From an uncultured Candidatus Saccharibacteria bacterium (lineage in GTDB: Bacteria; Patescibacteriota; Saccharimonadia; Saccharimonadales; CAYLGV01): 64,000 nucleotides of DNA. Location of the stretch: NCBI GenBank assembly GCA_964394925.1, contig CAYMZG010000001.1, positions 195,656 to 259,655 on the forward strand, given 5' to 3'. Position 1 is the stretch's first letter. Each line of letters begins with the position of its first letter. Of this stretch, positions 26,368 to 36,055 are shown piece by piece. Below the pieces are notes generated by a model that was not told the origin of the DNA, made no database searches, and worked only from the letters and a program-made list of their open reading frames with translations. Both the position numbers and the translations under genes were made by a program.

Positions 26368-27711
26368 ATGAAGATAGCTCTGCTTGGTTTTGCGGCCGAA
26401 GGTCACGCGGCTTATGAATATTGGAATCGGGATGGCAATGAAATCACCATCTGCGATCGAAATACTGAACTCCAGATACCAGACGGGGCACACAGCCAGC
26501 TCGGCGACGACTATCTAAAAAACCTTGGTCGGTTTGATATTATCGTGCGCACTCCGGCTCTGCATCCGCGCCTAATCATAGAAGCCAACCCCGATACACC
26601 TTCAATAACGGATAAAGTTACGACCGTAACCAATGAGTTTTTGCGGGTTTGCCCAACCAAAAACGTTATTGGCGTGACGGGCACCAAGGGCAAAGGGACT
26701 ACCTCTACCCTTATTGCAAAAATGCTCGAAGCTGCCGGTAAGCGCGTGCACCTTGGGGGGAACATCGGTATCCCAGCACTTGAACTACTGCAACACGGTA
26801 TAGCGGCTTCGGATTGGGTGGTGCTTGAGATGTCGAACTTTCAATTAATCGATATTCGGATAAGTCCAAGCACGGCGGTGTGCGTAATGGTAGTTCCGGA
26901 ACATTTGGATTGGCATACTGATCTGCCAGAATACCTGCGCGCTAAACAGCAATTGTTTGTACACCAAAAAGCTGATGACCGAGCAATTTACTTTGCTGGC
27001 AGTGAGCTTTCGAAACAGGTTGCGTCAGCAAGCCCCGGGGTGTTAACTGAATATTTTGCACCCCCAGGAGCCTATGTAGATGGTGAGAACATTGTCATTC
27101 AAGATACAATTGTTTGCCGAACCAGCGACGTTAAACTGCTCGGCGCGCATAATTTACAGAACGTCTGTGCCGCCATTACTGCCGTGTGGCCGGTTATTCA
27201 AGATGCAGCGCCAATTGTAGAGGTTGTGAGTACATTCACCGGGTTGGAGCACCGTCTTGAAAAAGTTCGTGAGTTTGAGAGTGTTACTTACTACGATGAC
27301 TCATTTGGCACCACACCCGAAACTGCCATGGTTGCGGTTGAAGCCTTCAAGCAGCCCAAAGTCGTCATTATGGGTGGTTCCACTAAATATGCTGACTTTG
27401 AGGCACTGGCCAAGGTGGTCGCCAATAATAACGTTCGGAGAGTCGTATTGATTGGTAACACCGAAAATCCTCAGCATATTTGCGATACGCCAAAACTTGA
27501 AGCTGCCCTAAGAGCCGCTGGTTTCAGCACAATTACTTCTCTGGCAAAACCAGGTGGTGCAACCATGCAGGAAATTGTAGCAACTGCACGTGACGCAGCA
27601 GAGCAAGGTGATGTGGTGTTATTATCGGCGGCCTGTGCCAGTTTTGATCTGTTCAGAGATTATAAAGACCGCGGCAACCAGTTCAAGACTGCCGTGCAAG
27701 CACTCGCCTAA
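26368..27711 (+). CDS. murD: UDP-N-acetylmuramoyl-L-alanine--D-glutamate ligase
   Basis: Start at ATG 26368 (MKIALLGF). Mur ligase P-loop GVTGTKGKGTTS, an MurD-type N-terminal Rossmann domain, and C-terminal SFD.F..Y..RG. Confidence 0.85.
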   Translation: MKIALLGFAAEGHAAYEYWNRDGNEITICDRNTELQIPDGAHSQLGDDYLKNLGRFDIIVRTPALHPRLIIEANPDTPSITDKVTTVTNEFLRVCPTKNVIGVTGTKGKGTTSTLIAKMLEAAGKRVHLGGNIGIPALELLQHGIAASDWVVLEMSNFQLIDIRISPSTAVCVMVVPEHLDWHTDLPEYLRAKQQLFVHQKADDRAIYFAGSELSKQVASASPGVLTEYFAPPGAYVDGENIVIQDTIVCRTSDVKLLGAHNLQNVCAAITAVWPVIQDAAPIVEVVSTFTGLEHRLEKVREFESVTYYDDSFGTTPETAMVAVEAFKQPKVVIMGGSTKYADFEALAKVVANNNVRRVVLIGNTENPQHICDTPKLEAALRAAGFSTITSLAKPGGATMQEIVATARDAAEQGDVVLLSAACASFDLFRDYKDRGNQFKTAVQALA

Positions 27712-28372
27712 GCTGTCGAATAAGGGCTGGCTCGGGCTGAATAACCGTAGCTTGGTATTCACCGGCGATGGCTTTGATTTCTTCTTCGATCCAGTGGTAA
27801 TGAGTACAGCCCAATACAATGGTGTCAGCGCCATTGTCGCAGACTGAGCGGATTGTTTCTGCAATCTGGGCATGGTCAATCTCGTTATCTTCAATCATGC
27901 GCGACCAGTTGGAGCAGTCTGGCTCCAGCACGGTGATAGCTTGGGCATAATCGTGCTTGAGGGTAGCATAACGCTTGCTGGCCAGGGTTGTTGGCGTGGC
28001 GCACACTGCAATTACCCCTGTTTTGGTGGCCTCGGCGGCAGGCTTAACCATTGGCTCGGTGCCAATGAGCGGTACGCTAATAATCTCGCGAAGCTCGGTA
28101 ATAAGCGTGGTAGTTACGGTGTTGCAGGCAATCACGATTGCTTTGCAGCCTTCGTTTAACAGCGCCTCAAGAATGGGCACTACAAAACCTTTGATCTCTT
28201 CAGGTTCTCGATTGCCGTAGGGAATGTGCTCGTGATCATCGGCATACAGCACTTCTAGTTCGGGCATCGCCTCTTGAATCGCTTGTGCCACCCCTGCCCC
28301 ACCGACACCGGAGTCAAACACCCCAACTTTTATTGGCGCAGCTTGCTGTTGCTGAGCTGGTTCGTTACTCAT
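27683..28372 (-). CDS. murI: glutamate racemase
   Basis: GVFDSGVGG, ACNT and GCTHY catalytic-Cys motifs. Its 3' end overlaps the murD 3' end by 29 nt. Confidence 0.88.
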   Translation of the reverse strand: MSNEPAQQQQAAPIKVGVFDSGVGGAGVAQAIQEAMPELEVLYADDHEHIPYGNREPEEIKGFVVPILEALLNEGCKAIVIACNTVTTTLITELREIISVPLIGTEPMVKPAAEATKTGVIAVCATPTTLASKRYATLKHDYAQAITVLEPDCSNWSRMIEDNEIDHAQIAETIRSVCDNGADTIVLGCTHYHWIEEEIKAIAGEYQATVIQPEPALIRQLRRVLARQS

Positions 28373-29193
28373 GCCTCCCGCTCTTCAACCACGCGCAGTG
28401 CCGAACGGATGACGTTATCAAACAGGGCACACACCGTTAGTGGCCCGACCCCGCCCTTTTCGGGGGTGATTTTGATGTCTGTTAGCTCTCGGACATCTGG
28501 TGCTATGTCGCCAACCAAGCCGTTACTATCGGTAGCGACACCCGCATCAACAATAACAGCATCTGGCTTGACCATATCTTTAGTAATAAGCCCGGGTACC
28601 CCTGTTGCACAAACAAGGATATCTGCGTTTCGGGTTAGCTCCACAAGTTCTTCGTGTGGTGTTTTTCGATCTGCCACCTGCACTAGTAGTTCAGATTGCT
28701 CCCACATACTCACAAGCGGTCGACCAACCAGCCTGCCATAGCCAACCACCACGATTTGCTTACCAAGTAAGTCAACATTGTAGCCAGCCAGTAGCCAGTT
28801 GATCGCCATGGGCGTAGCTGGATCGAATGTCGTTTCTGCCGCTAAGCCATCTACGTCTTTTTGAGCCGCAACCGCATTTAACACTTCGGTAGTTTGCAAT
28901 GGGTCGGGTAACGGAATCTGCACAATAATCCCGTGCACCGAATCGTCCTGATTCAGCTCTTGGATACGTTGAATCGCCTCAGATTGGTCGATGGTATGCA
29001 CGTCTACCTCAATGCCAATGTCTTCCCCGTAACCCTGTTTTAGGCGCATGTAACTGTCTACTACAGGGTCGGGATTGGTACGAATAATTGCCAGCTTAGG
29101 CTGAACGCCGCGCGCCTGCACCAAGCCTCGCACCTGATGCAGCTGCCGTTCTTTAATGAAATCGGCCAAGTCTTTACCATTTAAGAGCTTCAT
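28369..29193 (-). CDS. folD: bifunctional methylenetetrahydrofolate dehydrogenase/methenyl-THF cyclohydrolase
   Basis: 274 aa. MKLLNGKDLA, VQIPLP, DVDG and PGGVGP-like (EKGGVGPLT) motifs. 4-nt overlap with the murI start. Confidence 0.88.
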   Translation of the reverse strand: MKLLNGKDLADFIKERQLHQVRGLVQARGVQPKLAIIRTNPDPVVDSYMRLKQGYGEDIGIEVDVHTIDQSEAIQRIQELNQDDSVHGIIVQIPLPDPLQTTEVLNAVAAQKDVDGLAAETTFDPATPMAINWLLAGYNVDLLGKQIVVVGYGRLVGRPLVSMWEQSELLVQVADRKTPHEELVELTRNADILVCATGVPGLITKDMVKPDAVIVDAGVATDSNGLVGDIAPDVRELTDIKITPEKGGVGPLTVCALFDNVIRSALRVVEEREA

Positions 29194-29344
29194 ATGTCGC
29201 TATTATAACAGAGGTAATGTGACATGTATGCAGCAATTTTATGTATGAACACGGCGGCCGTATGTATGAATTGTTAGTTTTCTCATAGTGGCGAGCCAGC
29301 GTTGCTACTATGCTGAGGGAGTTAACTAATCGAAGGAGGTGCGA

Positions 29345-29458
29345 ATGGCAATAAGCAAACGAGGTTTTGCAAGTATGGACAAGGAAAAACAGCGTGAGAT
29401 TGCGCGCAAAGGCGGCCAGGCTAGCCACGGTGGCGTTGGCAGCAAGAAGAAGACCTAA
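29345..29458 (+). CDS. small KGG-repeat stress-induced protein (37 aa), missing from the ORF track
   Basis: GAAGGAGG SD followed by ATG. MAISKRGFASMDKEKQREIARKGGQASHGGVGSKKKT matches the KGG stress-protein repeat (RGFASMD..KQREIA.KGG). A terminator follows. Confidence 0.75.
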   Translation: MAISKRGFASMDKEKQREIARKGGQASHGGVGSKKKT

Positions 29459-29507
29459 AACCTAATTGCATAGTATTTATCCGTTCCGATTTTTCCAACC
29501 ACCCAGA

Positions 29508-29537
29508 ACGGGGGCTTTTATTCGAGCCTCCGTTTTT
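29508..29537 (+). terminator. rho-independent terminator
   Basis: ACGGGGGCT-8 nt loop-AGCCTCCGT, a 9-bp stem including one G-U, followed by TTTTT. Confidence 0.7.
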
Positions 29538-29636
29538 CAATATAATCTTTGAGCATTTTTGGCTTGCAAAAACAGGGGTATTCTGCTAAAGTTCCCCTGT
29601 TGCTTTTAGTATTTAATGTAATGCTAAAACGCTATT

Positions 29637-29713
29637 GGGCCAGTAGCTCAGCTGGTTAGAGCACCTGCCTCTTAAGCAGGGTGTCGAGAGTTCAAGTCTC
29701 TCCTGGCCCTCCA
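29637..29713 (+). tRNA. tRNA-Lys (anticodon CUU), CCA encoded
   Basis: Cloverleaf: acceptor GGGCCAG/CTGGCCC, anticodon stem CCTGC/GCAGG, loop CTCTTAA, T-loop TTCAAGT. Confidence 0.92.
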
Positions 29714-29731
29714 AACATAAGCACTATAAAC

Positions 29732-29759
29732 GACTTCTCGGCAGAGGAGTCTTTTTTTT
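29732..29759 (+). terminator. rho-independent terminator after tRNA-Lys
   Basis: GACTTCTC-GGCA-GAGGAGTC followed by a T8 run. Confidence 0.7.
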
Positions 29760-29805
29760 AGTCAGTCCCCACACCCCGGGCATAGCAGCACCCTCTGTCC
29801 AGGCA

Positions 29806-31203
29806 TTAGTACTGGGTCATAACTGGCTGTTCTTTGGTATCTGGGTTGAGCCTCACATAGCCCTTAAGACCATCAGACGCAAAATCTAAAACAATCCGAC
29901 CCATACTATCTTCATCCATAACAATCTTGGCTAATTTTTCTTTCACGTCCTTAGGTATCATAGCTTCGTAGGAGGCTTTACCTAAGCTAAGAGCACTGGA
30001 TGGCTTAAACCACCGGCTTCGGACTTCGTGTCCCCCATCCGCCATACCAGCGTAAACTGCCCTGCAGCTCCGACTGGTAATATGAGCAACTCGATCTGGC
30101 GAGGCAAATTCAGTTAACCCTATATCGTAATGAAAATCAAAAGACGCCTCTTCCGGGCCGCTCAACATATATGTTGGTGTATGAGAGCCCGCTCGGCTTG
30201 GATACCAAAGTGCAGTTTTAAGTGTCACGAACGAGCCGAGTGCACCCCGTACACCATCAGCTTTAAACCAACCCTCGGCTTTGGGGTAATCACTATCGGA
30301 TAACCGTTCGTTAGAGGGCCTAAATGGACGAGCTTTGTGATACTGCAGAAACTAAACAGTCCCGTCGTCCGCTTGTTGGAACTCCATGATTGGGCACTGA
30401 CGAGTTGAAAATTTTGGCAAGTTGCGAACTTTTTCGTACTGTTTGACGAGAGCAACCTTCGTACCTTGATCAAGCAAATTATCTGAAAGCTGGCCGGATA
30501 AACTTCCAGGCTCGTCAATTCCCTCCTGATTACCCACCCAACCACCTGCTTCACCCTTATCAAAGTTGATAGCAGTAATATGATACCGATCAGCGATAGC
30601 ATCATCTGCTACAACCATTATGTTCGTGCCTGGAATGTACTCCCAAAACGAATATGTAAGTTCTTGGTAAAAGTCACCTGGATTCTGGCCACTTAAATGT
30701 AGGAAACGTTCTATTGGCCAGCTACCAAAACCATTATGATAGTTCATGAAGGCTATATGCTCGGGTAAGCCTCTATCAATAAGTCCGCCAATTTCTTCTG
30801 CCCCTTCTCTGTCTACTACAACACTCTCTAAAAGGCCACTGAAGCGATCATACTCTTGCGGGTGTTCGCTCCTTAGGATTACTTTTTGCCCCTGCTTTGC
30901 CGCATGAAGCGCTTCATCAAGTGTTTCGTAGCGTTTTGGCACGTTGATGCCATGTGTTTCTACGTAATTCCCAATTTCCAATTTTGGCTGAACTATATCA
31001 CCCCAATCATCAGAGTCGCTTTGTTTACGAGCAATCTCCCGCAGACCCGAAAGATCATCATGCAAATCTGCTGATAAAATCTGTTCCCTAATATCCTCGG
31101 GAACGAAACCGCACATTAACTCTAATGCCTCTAGGAGAGGCACGTTAAGTGGTACGTTTGATGGTAGTTTTTCGGTCACTAGCTTCCTCTTGAAAATAAA
31201 CAA
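29806..31203 (-). pseudogene. 465-codon reading frame interrupted by a single in-frame TAG (30354-30352); product unknown, possibly ATP-grasp-like
   Basis: The 283-aa ORF (30352-31203) and the 140-aa ORF (29806-30228) are in the same frame. The 41 codons between them are stop-free and read as normal protein: FLQYHKARPFRPSNERLSDSDYPKAEGWFKADGVRGALGSF. Confidence 0.65.
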
Positions 31204-31543
31204 AATAATACCATTATTGTGTACAAAATCAAATACGGGATACTCTTGCCTTGTCAGTGGTTAAACGATCTCCTGCAATCTACCTACCACTGTTTTTGTG
31301 ATGCTCAAAAGGTCTTTTCAGCAATACTCGCCATCTCTTGAACTCCTCAAGGACGGGCTGAAACCCAACCTTGAGTGCACCTCAAAAGATACATCAACAG
31401 ATACCAGCTAGCCCCAATAACAGCACCACTGTTTTATAGGTACTAATTTATATTCGTTATTTAGTTCTGGTCTATTTTTAGCTCATGGCCATATTTGAAT
31501 ACATGACTAATGTTTCACAAAAATGGCGAGATATTGTGGGTAA

Positions 31544-32290
31544 TCAATTGGTATCGATCACCCGACGAAGTTCAGAAGCATGTTTTTCAGCAATATTCAG
31601 ACCAATGAGCCAAATGATTATGCTAATGATCAAGACAATGGCAACCGTCATAGCAGATTTTGAAATGTGAGGTTTATCTGCGATCAGATCAAATAATTTA
31701 AGCGGCAGAAGAATGAGCAGTGCGTAGCACGGCAGAATAATCCAGGGCAGACAGTACAGGATTATAAACTTTATCCAGCCCGGTTGCCGTTTTAGCACCA
31801 ACTTTGTTTCCATGTGATTGAATGGCCAATAAACAGACATGACGTTACAGATACCAAGCCAGCCCCAAACTAATGCCAGTGACGCAATTAAGCCAAAAAT
31901 TAGCTCAGACCATTTCCCAACAATAGCCACCATTAAAAGGCCAAAGATGAGACTTAATGGAATGCATACAATTACGATTGTTATGTTTCGAACGATTAAA
32001 ACTTGTTTTAGTTTTTGTTTAGTTTTCACCTGCTCTGCAGACCGTTTCTTGTCGTACATAAATTGGTTCGTAAGCGATGCATCAGCAAGCGTCCAAAGCA
32101 GAACAACAGTTGCTGCTATGGGTAAAACATTGGGGTTATTGGTCCCAAGCATCAAGCTGCCAACAAAGAAAACTAATGACACAAAACCATTTGTAATGAT
32201 GCTATTCAGTTGCTGACGAGGTGGACGCATCAACCACGCCAATTCCTGCTTAACATCTAGCCAGTACATTTTATAAGCCATATATACCAT
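31544..32290 (-). CDS. polytopic membrane protein (about 6 TM helices), function unknown
   Basis: 248 aa with multiple hydrophobic segments. Confidence 0.6.
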   Translation of the reverse strand: MVYMAYKMYWLDVKQELAWLMRPPRQQLNSIITNGFVSLVFFVGSLMLGTNNPNVLPIAATVVLLWTLADASLTNQFMYDKKRSAEQVKTKQKLKQVLIVRNITIVIVCIPLSLIFGLLMVAIVGKWSELIFGLIASLALVWGWLGICNVMSVYWPFNHMETKLVLKRQPGWIKFIILYCLPWIILPCYALLILLPLKLFDLIADKPHISKSAMTVAIVLIISIIIWLIGLNIAEKHASELRRVIDTN

Positions 32291-32430
32291 ATCTTACATT
32301 GTCAGTTGCAAAGTATAAACCTCTGAGGGTAGCTAATGAAGCAATGGGATTACTGACTAATCGGCTGCAACAATAGCAATTATAGTGGCCAATTGGGATG
32401 TATTTATATTGGGAAATCTGCCTCTGTTTT

Positions 32431-32439
32431 TGGTATAAT
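32431..32439 (+). promoter_or_regulatory. extended -10 (TGgTATAAT) 6 nt upstream of ATG 32446 (leaderless candidate)
   Basis: TGGTATAAT, then ttacat, then ATG. Confidence 0.5.
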
Positions 32440-32445
32440 TTACAT

Positions 32446-32706
32446 ATGTCAGAAAACTTAGGAAAACCTACGAATTTTATGAGAGTACACATGCTTCCGA
32501 GTGGGGAGGTTGCTGTTGATTTCATTGAATTGACACCAGAAGAATATGCTGCATTACCGTCTTCACCAGAGCCCGAGCTACCAGGTTTTAGCCTGAGTAC
32601 CACTGCCACAGATGAATCTGAACCTGAAACAGATCCGAACCTCAGAACAATGGCTTCGGAAGCAGCTATTCATGGCTTTGGGATAGACACGCACAAGCCT
32701 GAGTAG
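32446..32706 (+). CDS. small acidic hypothetical protein
   Basis: Start set at ATG 32446 because of the consensus -10 immediately upstream. 86 aa, P/E-rich. Confidence 0.5.
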   Translation: MSENLGKPTNFMRVHMLPSGEVAVDFIELTPEEYAALPSSPEPELPGFSLSTTATDESEPETDPNLRTMASEAAIHGFGIDTHKPE

Positions 32707-32716
32707 CTATTGAATC

Positions 32717-32725
32717 TGTTAGTAT
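32717..32725 (+). promoter_or_regulatory. extended -10 (TGtTAGTAT) 7 nt upstream of ATG 32733 (leaderless candidate)
   Basis: TGTTAGTAT, then ttgttat, then ATG. Confidence 0.4.
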
Positions 32726-32732
32726 TTGTTAT

Positions 32733-33230
32733 ATGCAGACGTTAATCATCCTGCGGGGCTATCCCGGTTCTGGCAAAACGACCATTGGCAAACAGCTTCA
32801 GTTCAATGGTCTAGGAAAATTTGTAGATCATAACGCCATCTTGGCGGCCATTTCTAAGATAGCTGGCAATGACACTGGCTTGTGCGATGCAATTAATGGG
32901 CTCGAACTCGCCATTACCGAAAAATTACTAGAAGAAGGTGAAAATGTTATTGTTGCGCGCGGTTTTAGCCAAGAAAAATCGCTCGCGCCTTATACTGAGA
33001 TCGCCCAGCGACTGGGGGCTGAGTGTCAGGTATATAGACTTGAAGCTCCGCTCACTGTTTTAGAAAAAAGAGTGACTGCAGCTGAACGCCACGAACAGCT
33101 GAATCCAACAACAACCAAAGAGGCGTTACATGCCTGGGTGCACGGCAATCCGTTGGAATCTGTTGAAGGTGAAATCATCATTGATTCGACTGCTGACATA
33201 GCTACTGTATTAAATAAAGTAGTGCAATAA
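32733..33230 (+). CDS. P-loop kinase-like ATP-binding protein
   Basis: 165 aa. Walker A at the N-terminus (LRGYPGSGKTTIG), with the size and layout of small AAA-type kinases. Confidence 0.65.
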   Translation: MQTLIILRGYPGSGKTTIGKQLQFNGLGKFVDHNAILAAISKIAGNDTGLCDAINGLELAITEKLLEEGENVIVARGFSQEKSLAPYTEIAQRLGAECQVYRLEAPLTVLEKRVTAAERHEQLNPTTTKEALHAWVHGNPLESVEGEIIIDSTADIATVLNKVVQ

Positions 33231-33328
33231 CATTTGCTATACTTTAGTCACTAGCCTTGCCGCTACGCGTACACGTTCGGACGAGCCGAACCGCTAACGC
33301 CTCTTAATTAATTCACAATGGAGGAATC

Positions 33329-33790
33329 ATGCAGGAAGCACGACGTGTCTGTGTTCGCGGTCTTATTTACAAAAACGGTAAGCTCTTTGGGCAAAAACTC
33401 CATAATTCCAAGGGGGATTGGTGGTGCACGCCCGGTGGCGGCATTGACCCCATGGAGTCACTGCACGACGCCCTGACCCGTGAAATAATCGAAGAAACAG
33501 GCGTGAGGCCAGTCATTGGTCGGTTGGTGCTGATACAGCAATTTGCAACAAAGGGCCACACCAGTCACGGTGAAGACGAGCAGTTAGAGTTTTTCTTTCT
33601 CATCGAGAACGCCGATGACTATGAAACAATCAACTTGGAAGCAACTAGCCATGGCGTGCAAGAAATTGCCGAGTTTGGCTTTGTCGATCCCGCGGAGAAG
33701 AACATGCTTCCTGAAATACTGCAAACGCCCGAGATCCTGGATGCCTTAGCTAATGAAAAACCAGTCATTTTCTACACCAATTTGAACTAA
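33329..33790 (+). CDS. NUDIX hydrolase
   Basis: Nudix box GGGIDPMESLHDALTREIIEETGV. GGAGGA SD. Confidence 0.85.
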   Translation: MQEARRVCVRGLIYKNGKLFGQKLHNSKGDWWCTPGGGIDPMESLHDALTREIIEETGVRPVIGRLVLIQQFATKGHTSHGEDEQLEFFFLIENADDYETINLEATSHGVQEIAEFGFVDPAEKNMLPEILQTPEILDALANEKPVIFYTNLN

Positions 33791-33818
33791 TACCCTTGTA
33801 AAGAAGAGTAAGCCTACT

Positions 33819-34700
33819 ATGCCCGAACAAACAACTGACCCAAAGATAATCGAAGCCGAGAGACAGACTATTCGAAGTGTCGCAGGATTACCAGAGAATG
33901 AAGAGATTAAACTGAATGAAACTGGCTGGGATAGCCGTGTATATTCATTCAACGACGGAAAGTACTTCTTCAAGTTCCCTCGCTCGACCAAGATTCAGGG
34001 ACGTTACGTATATGAGCTCGATGCAATTAAAGCAGCTGCCTCACTCGACGTACCCGTTCTTTTCCAAGAGATTTTATGGCAACACCCCGAAAATGCATAT
34101 TTTGGTTACAGAGGAGTACCCGGGCAGCCCCTCAGTGGCGTTGTGGAAGAACTCCCGTTGAGCGAGCTGCAAAACATCGGTGAAAAACTCGGTCATTTCC
34201 TAAAAGCCTTTCATGCCCTATCACTACCTGGCGCACGAAGAATGAGTCTCAACGACGAGTCAGACCAAATACAACGTTGGTATGAGCAAAATCATGCTCA
34301 ACTAAAGGTCAATTTTAGCGATCCTGAGCAAGCTGCATTACATAAACTTGTCTACGAAACCTGGCCCGCTAAACTTCATGAACTCGGTAGTGACCCCGTG
34401 CTCAGCCACGGCGACCTACACTCTGAAAACATTCTGTACGATGAAAGCGGTTCGGTTGGAATCATCGACTTTGGCGATGTGGCCTACTATGATCGTTCGA
34501 AAGATTTTCTTGAACTAGATGATAACAAGCATATATTTAGCAGTGTCATGCAGGCTTACAGCATTAATGACCCACAACTAGCTGATAAGATAGCCGTGCG
34601 ACAGGATATGATACAGATCATTAACTTTGGCTATCACGCTGGTAAAGGCAACCTCGAAAAGGCCAAAGAACACGCCGAAATAATCAGGACCATGTTATAG
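33819..34700 (+). CDS. aminoglycoside/choline-kinase-family phosphotransferase (APH fold)
   Basis: Catalytic loop HGDLHSENILY followed by IIDFGD, typical of the APH/ChoK family. Confidence 0.8.
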   Translation: MPEQTTDPKIIEAERQTIRSVAGLPENEEIKLNETGWDSRVYSFNDGKYFFKFPRSTKIQGRYVYELDAIKAAASLDVPVLFQEILWQHPENAYFGYRGVPGQPLSGVVEELPLSELQNIGEKLGHFLKAFHALSLPGARRMSLNDESDQIQRWYEQNHAQLKVNFSDPEQAALHKLVYETWPAKLHELGSDPVLSHGDLHSENILYDESGSVGIIDFGDVAYYDRSKDFLELDDNKHIFSSVMQAYSINDPQLADKIAVRQDMIQIINFGYHAGKGNLEKAKEHAEIIRTML

Positions 34701-34702
34701 CG

Positions 34703-34708
34703 TACAAT
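34703..34708 (+). promoter_or_regulatory. -10 hexamer TACAAT 7 nt upstream of ATG 34716 (leaderless candidate)
   Basis: TACAAT, then ggtaact, then ATG. This favours the MQKITPFLWF start over ATG 34707. Confidence 0.4.
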
Positions 34709-34715
34709 GGTAACT

Positions 34716-35177
34716 ATGCAGAAAATTACACCGTTTCTGTGGTTCAACAATAACGCCCAAGAGGCGATGAACTACTACACATCAGTTTTCAAAGACTCTA
34801 AAATAGTTCATATTGAAAAGTATCCTGACGAGTCGCTCGATAAGCATTTTGAAGGTATGGCCGGGAAAGTCATAACAGGTACGTTTGAACTAAACGGTCA
34901 GAGGTTTATGTGCCTTGACGGTGGCCCCATGTTTACGTTTAATGAAGCAATTTCGCTGCTCGTTTCGTGTGAAGACCAAGATGAGATTGACTATTTCTGG
35001 TCCAAGCTATCGCATGTTCCCGAAGCCGAACAATGTGGCTGGTGCAAAGACAGGTTTGGTGTTAGCTGGCAGATTATTCCCGCTAAGATGGGCGAGCTCA
35101 TGGGCGGTCGACCAGAAGCCATTCAAGCCATGATGAAAATGAAGAAGATCATAATTAAAGAATTGCAGGCTGCATAA
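34716..35177 (+). CDS. VOC/PhnB-like protein (3-demethylubiquinone-9 3-methyltransferase-domain family)
   Basis: KITPFLWFNNNAQEAMNYY...CGWCKDRFGVSWQI is the hallmark of this glyoxalase-fold family. Confidence 0.75.
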   Translation: MQKITPFLWFNNNAQEAMNYYTSVFKDSKIVHIEKYPDESLDKHFEGMAGKVITGTFELNGQRFMCLDGGPMFTFNEAISLLVSCEDQDEIDYFWSKLSHVPEAEQCGWCKDRFGVSWQIIPAKMGELMGGRPEAIQAMMKMKKIIIKELQAA

Positions 35178-35179
35178 AT

Positions 35180-35401
35180 ATGTCGTTTCAAGCGTATATC
35201 GATAACATTAAGGCAAAAACAGGCAAAACACCCGAGGAACTGAAGCAAGCCGCTGAAGAAGCGGGGGTTTATTCACCCGACATGAAAGCCAGCGAACTGG
35301 TGACTTTCTTGCACGATGAGTTTGACCTCGGCCATGGTCATGCAATGGCCATCTGGGCTGTTTTCAAGGACAAGGGCTGGGTCAACACCAAGAAAAAATG
35401 A
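35180..35401 (+). CDS. DUF4287-like small protein
   Basis: MSFQAYIDNIKAKTGKTPEE...HGHAMAIW pattern. 73 aa. Confidence 0.65.
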   Translation: MSFQAYIDNIKAKTGKTPEELKQAAEEAGVYSPDMKASELVTFLHDEFDLGHGHAMAIWAVFKDKGWVNTKKK

Positions 35402-35424
35402 TAACAAGATAAAGCCACAGCGTT

Positions 35425-35433
35425 TGCTATACT
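35425..35433 (+). promoter_or_regulatory. extended -10 (TGcTATACT) 6 nt upstream of ATG 35440 (leaderless candidate)
   Basis: TGCTATACT, then cgaacc, then ATG. Confidence 0.5.
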
Positions 35434-35439
35434 CGAACC

Positions 35440-36036
35440 ATGGAAACAGAACTTGAGGCAAAGTGGCTCAATATTGATATTGATGCAATGCGTGAAAAGC
35501 TACGAGCAATTGGCGCAAAACTTGAATCGCCCGAGCGCCTCATGACACGTAAGGTGTTCGACTATCCAGACATGAGTCTCGAGGCAATCGGTGGGTGGGT
35601 ACGCGTTAGGAATGAAGGTGACAAAATAACCCTTAGTTACAAGCAGCTCACGGATCGTTCCCTGCACGGAACTAAAGAAGTTACAGTAACAGTAAATGAT
35701 TTCGAGAATACGTGTGCCTTCTTAACGTCAATTGGGCTTGAAGCGAATTCATTTCAAGAAACGAAACGAGAAAGCTGGAAGCTCGGCAGTGCAGAGATTG
35801 AGCTAGACACGTGGCCCTGGATTCCTAGTTTTATTGAAATTGAAGCCAAAACCGAGGCTGCATTACGAAAGACTGCTGCATTGCTAGATCTTGACTTTTC
35901 GCAAGCCCTGCACGGGAGCGTCGAGACCGCCTACCAAGCGGTGTATGACATTACTGAGGAAGAGATCGATGCCTGGGAAGAAATTCTATTTTCACCAGTA
36001 CCCGAATGGCTCAAAGCCAAACAGAGAAAAGTGTAA
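35440..36036 (+). CDS. CYTH-domain protein (CyaB/ThTPase triphosphate tunnel family), paralog 1
   Basis: N-terminal ExExK motif (ELEAK). Size and beta-rich pattern match the CYTH fold. Confidence 0.7.
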   Translation: METELEAKWLNIDIDAMREKLRAIGAKLESPERLMTRKVFDYPDMSLEAIGGWVRVRNEGDKITLSYKQLTDRSLHGTKEVTVTVNDFENTCAFLTSIGLEANSFQETKRESWKLGSAEIELDTWPWIPSFIEIEAKTEAALRKTAALLDLDFSQALHGSVETAYQAVYDITEEEIDAWEEILFSPVPEWLKAKQRKV

Positions 36037-36040
36037 TCTC

Positions 36041-36049
36041 TGTTACACT
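36041..36049 (+). promoter_or_regulatory. extended -10 (TGtTACACT) 6 nt upstream of ATG 36056 (leaderless candidate)
   Basis: TGTTACACT, then gaaacc, then ATG, within the 19-nt intergenic gap. Confidence 0.45.
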
Positions 36050-36055
36050 GAAACC

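Noticed and set aside
30352-30354. In-frame TAG as evidence of an alternative genetic code (or UGA recoding as in some CPR lineages)
   Set aside because: TAG ends pyk and eno exactly where homologues end. TGA ends murB and the 37017 gene, and TAA ends many others. No conserved gene in the window needs stop-codon readthrough.
30225-30605. 126-aa minus-strand ORF bridging the two halves of the interrupted gene
   Set aside because: It is in a different frame from both halves and overlaps the 283-aa ORF extensively. It is Leu/Ser/Ile-rich (Cys only 2 of 126 aa) with an implausible composition. The same-frame TAG explanation accounts for the region.
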